From contig CAWJQU010000002.1 of NCBI GenBank assembly GCA_963845145.1, positions 448,001 through 512,000 of the forward strand: a stretch of DNA of 64,000 nt, written 5' to 3'. The notes beneath the pieces were generated by a model. That model saw only the letters and a list, made by a program, of their open reading frames with translations. It did no database searches and had not been told where the DNA came from. Positions 63,186 through 64,000 of this stretch are shown one piece after another (position 1 is the first letter of the stretch; the number at the start of each line of letters is the position of its first letter). Both the position numbers and the translations under genes were made by a program. The DNA comes from an uncultured delta proteobacterium. GTDB taxonomy: Bacteria; Desulfobacterota; Desulfobacteria; Desulfobacterales; QNYZ01.

Positions 63186-64000
63186 TTGCTTAAATATATA
63201 AAAAAAGCCTTCTTCTATCACTGGAACCTGCTTGCAGTGGGTTCTGGAATCGCAGCGGGAATCATTTCAGGCCAACCGGATGTGTTCCTGCCCATTCTCG
63301 CAGCACTGGAAGTCGGCTATCTCGCCCTTTTATCCTCCCGTCGCCGTTTCCAGGAAGCAGTGAACGCTGAATTACATAAAAAAATAAAAGGAGACGATAC
63401 GTTATCATCCGACCAGAGAATCAGGCAAATATAACGACTTTGAATAAGTCCGACCGCACGCAGTATGAACAGCTGAAAGAGATGTGTCTCCGATTGCAAA
63501 ATATTTCAAGACGGGTCAAAAGAAGTCACGGAAACGACCATGCCCGCGATGTCCGGCGTACATGTAGACAGTATTAATCGCCTGTTATGGATCTATTTGA
63601 AACTCCTTTACTCTAAAAATGCGATGGACACTTTCTTTCAAGACCATTGATGTAGACGGCATCAAGTCACGTATCGAGCGTACGCTGAGCCGCCTGGAAA
63701 AGATGGGACCCGGAAAGATCAAGACGGAGAAAATCAAGCGCTGCGACGAAAATCTCTGAAGGATACACTTGCCACCGCTCGCAAGCGGCTGAAAAACTAT
63801 GAAACATCGGTTGAGAATTATGAATTTATAGAGTTGGAACTGGAGCGGCTCTATTCTAAAATTGCCAGTCTGGCGGAGATGGGAATAAACCGACAGGACC
63901 CAAATTTAATCAATAGCGAAATTGATGTGGTTTCTTCTTCCATCGAAAAGACGGAAAAAGCCATGAACGATTTAGATTTTATTACCGGGATTCCCATTCA
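63186..64000 (+). CDS. Membrane-anchored coiled-coil hypothetical protein, multiply frameshifted, runs off the window
   Basis: KKAFFYHWNLL..EVGYL..RRFQEAV, then in shifting frames INRLLWIYLKLL, RRKSLKDTLAT..RLKNY, ELERLYSKIASLAEMGINRQDP. Confidence 0.65.

Overview
A bacterial chromosomal window of about 50% GC. Gene content and protein style suggest a Desulfobacterales-type deltaproteobacterium (inference). Most of it is housekeeping and transport: nifS/iscS (partial), ihfA, trxC, rluD, carD, hppA, the pth-rplY-prs-tRNA-Gln-ispE block, sfsA, a MarR-RND-TolC efflux operon, yaaA, a PEP-CTERM gene with a sigma-54 promoter beside a PrsT-like TPR lipoprotein, qor, peptide and branched-chain ABC transporters, a sigma-54 two-component module, nadK, ssb, ade, comEA-like, lpdA/gcvH/lipB-lipA, CBS-DASS and an MCP. 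I found no CRISPR array, rRNA, integrase or transposase. The best candidates for an uncharacterised system are two coiled-coil/membrane operons. The first (1413-5133) is a TelA-like protein, DUF6384 and a coiled-coil protein with a Gly/Phe tail. The second (60572->64000) is PspA/ESCRT-III-like, an SBP-vWA fusion and a membrane coiled-coil protein. Other oddities are a 36-codon gcvPA stub before a lipB-lipA fusion, a degenerate 8-nt periodic repeat at three loci, a pseudo-receiver PatA-like protein, and a structured 220-nt leader before comEA. Single-base frameshifts become more frequent towards the right end and are most likely sequencing errors. All family calls come from motif recognition; no searches were run.
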